From a virus (lineage: Duplodnaviria; Caudoviricetes): a stretch of 26,733 bases of DNA. The number at the start of each line of letters is the position of its first letter. Positions within the stretch are counted from its first letter, which is position 1. The notes beneath the pieces were generated by a model. It searched no databases, was not told the origin of the DNA, and was given only the letters and a program-made list of their open reading frames with translations. The stretch spans positions 1 to 26,733 of the IMG/VR virus record IMGVR_UViG_3300005077_000999. One strand, given 5' to 3'. A program made the translations under genes and the position numbers. Shown here in pieces: positions 25,834-26,733 of this stretch.

Positions 25834-26552
25834 CCATGAAGACGAACGAGGATTATGTCAAGTCAAATGTTAAGGCGAAGGGTGAAGCCTTCGCAAAGAT
25901 AAGCAGAATGGGACAGGAGATATTCCAAATCGTATGCCCCTGCGCAAACGTGCCCCTGGAGCCTATCCGCGAAGGTATGAAGGCTATAATGTCGGGCCTC
26001 GCAATGGGCCACTGCCAGAGGCCCGGTGGGCCTTGCTGCGCTACGTGCTTCACTGAGGAAGGATACTCAGACTTCTGCAAAGCCATAGAGCTAGCAACGA
26101 CGCTGCCCGATGTGCTCTACGAAAAGGCAATGCACTACCGCAGAGAGCTACATAACGATTTCAAAGCGGGTGGAATTAACCTGGATGCGCTTTATCCTCA
26201 GCGGAAATTCCACACAATCTTCCCTGAGACGGCAGATGTCCCAGGGGCTTCAGGGTTCGACGCGGCGGAGTTCACCCGGATGTTCATGGCAGGCTCAGAG
26301 GAGCCGGAAATCCATCTCCCGGAGCTGAACACAGAGGACATAAAGGGCATCCCCGCACTTACCCCGGTCACCGATGAACAGGAAGCGGCTGTCTTCCAGG
26401 AAATGGTGGAAGAGCAGGAACGGAGAATGAAGCAAGTAAGCAAGGGAAACTCCATCATGGAAGCGCTCATGGAAGCCCTGGGTGGAAGGCTGATAGAATC
26501 TGACTGCGACTGCCCCGAATGCCGGGAGGCCCACGAAGAGGAAGAGGACTAA
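25830..26552 (+). CDS. Hypothetical protein with Cys clusters and acidic tail
   Basis: 240 aa with CPC, HCQRPGGPCCATC and C-terminal CDCPEC; AAAGGAG RBS. Confidence 0.75.
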   Translation: MTMKTNEDYVKSNVKAKGEAFAKISRMGQEIFQIVCPCANVPLEPIREGMKAIMSGLAMGHCQRPGGPCCATCFTEEGYSDFCKAIELATTLPDVLYEKAMHYRRELHNDFKAGGINLDALYPQRKFHTIFPETADVPGASGFDAAEFTRMFMAGSEEPEIHLPELNTEDIKGIPALTPVTDEQEAAVFQEMVEEQERRMKQVSKGNSIMEALMEALGGRLIESDCDCPECREAHEEEED

Positions 26553-26561
26553 GACAGATAA

Positions 26562-26715
26562 CCATTCAGTCCAGAGCCATTCAGTCTAAAGCCGTTGAAC
26601 CCCTGGAGCCCATACGGGCTCCCTTTTTTTGCCCTTTAGCTCTTAGGCACATAGGGCGGACCCCTTTTCCTGCCGTGTGAAAACAATTCGAGGCCAAAAA
26701 TTTTCTCAAAGGAGG
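26562..26715 (+). promoter_or_regulatory. Intergenic module copy B
   Basis: CCATTCAGTC at 26562-26571 and 26577-26586, then the terminator hairpin, then GTGAAAACAATTCGAGGCCAAAAATTTT and AAAGGAGG. Confidence 0.6.
26605..26630 (+). terminator. Intrinsic terminator
   Basis: GGAGCCC-ATAC-GGGCTCC followed by C and T7. Confidence 0.85.
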
Positions 26716-26722
26716 TGGTAGG

Positions 26723-26733
26723 ATGCTGGTTAC
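26723..26733 (+). CDS. Start of the next gene (truncated by the window edge)
   Basis: AAAGGAGGTGG RBS then ATG CTG GTT. Confidence 0.5.

Noticed and set aside
1-26733. Alternative genetic code or stop-codon reassignment
   Set aside because: Core genes are full length in the standard code and all three stop codons terminate genes.

Overview
This window is part of a tailed dsDNA phage (Caudoviricetes) genome with two divergent arms that meet at back-to-back sigma70/sigmaA-type promoters (8920-9012). The left arm (minus strand) is a packaging and head module: probable TerS, TerL, portal, a small ORF, scaffold, a conserved head protein, a cement/decoration protein and the major capsid protein. 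It is followed by a long Gly/Ala/Thr-rich fibre-like gene that runs off the window edge, is absent from the ORF track and has its start codon out of frame. The right arm (plus strand) carries replication and recombination genes: SNF2-type helicase, Cas4-like PD-(D/E)XK nuclease, Sak4-like ATPase, DUF669/SSB-like protein, an unannotated ribbon-helix-helix protein, a primase-helicase-like protein with an apparently degenerate TOPRIM, and a UDG-fused family A DNA polymerase. A mosaic array of small coiled-coil genes follows. The most notable locus is a compact phage-encoded ubiquitin-like conjugation operon (22296-25489): a large coiled-coil/E2-like protein, a JAB/JAMM peptidase, a ThiF/E1 enzyme and a beta-grasp Ubl. 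It also contains two small ORFs below the ORF-track cutoff that end in LRGGS and KKGGG. The operon lies between two copies of a similar intergenic module of about 150-180 nt. No tRNA, CRISPR array or integrase was seen. All family calls are by motif recognition; no database searches were run.
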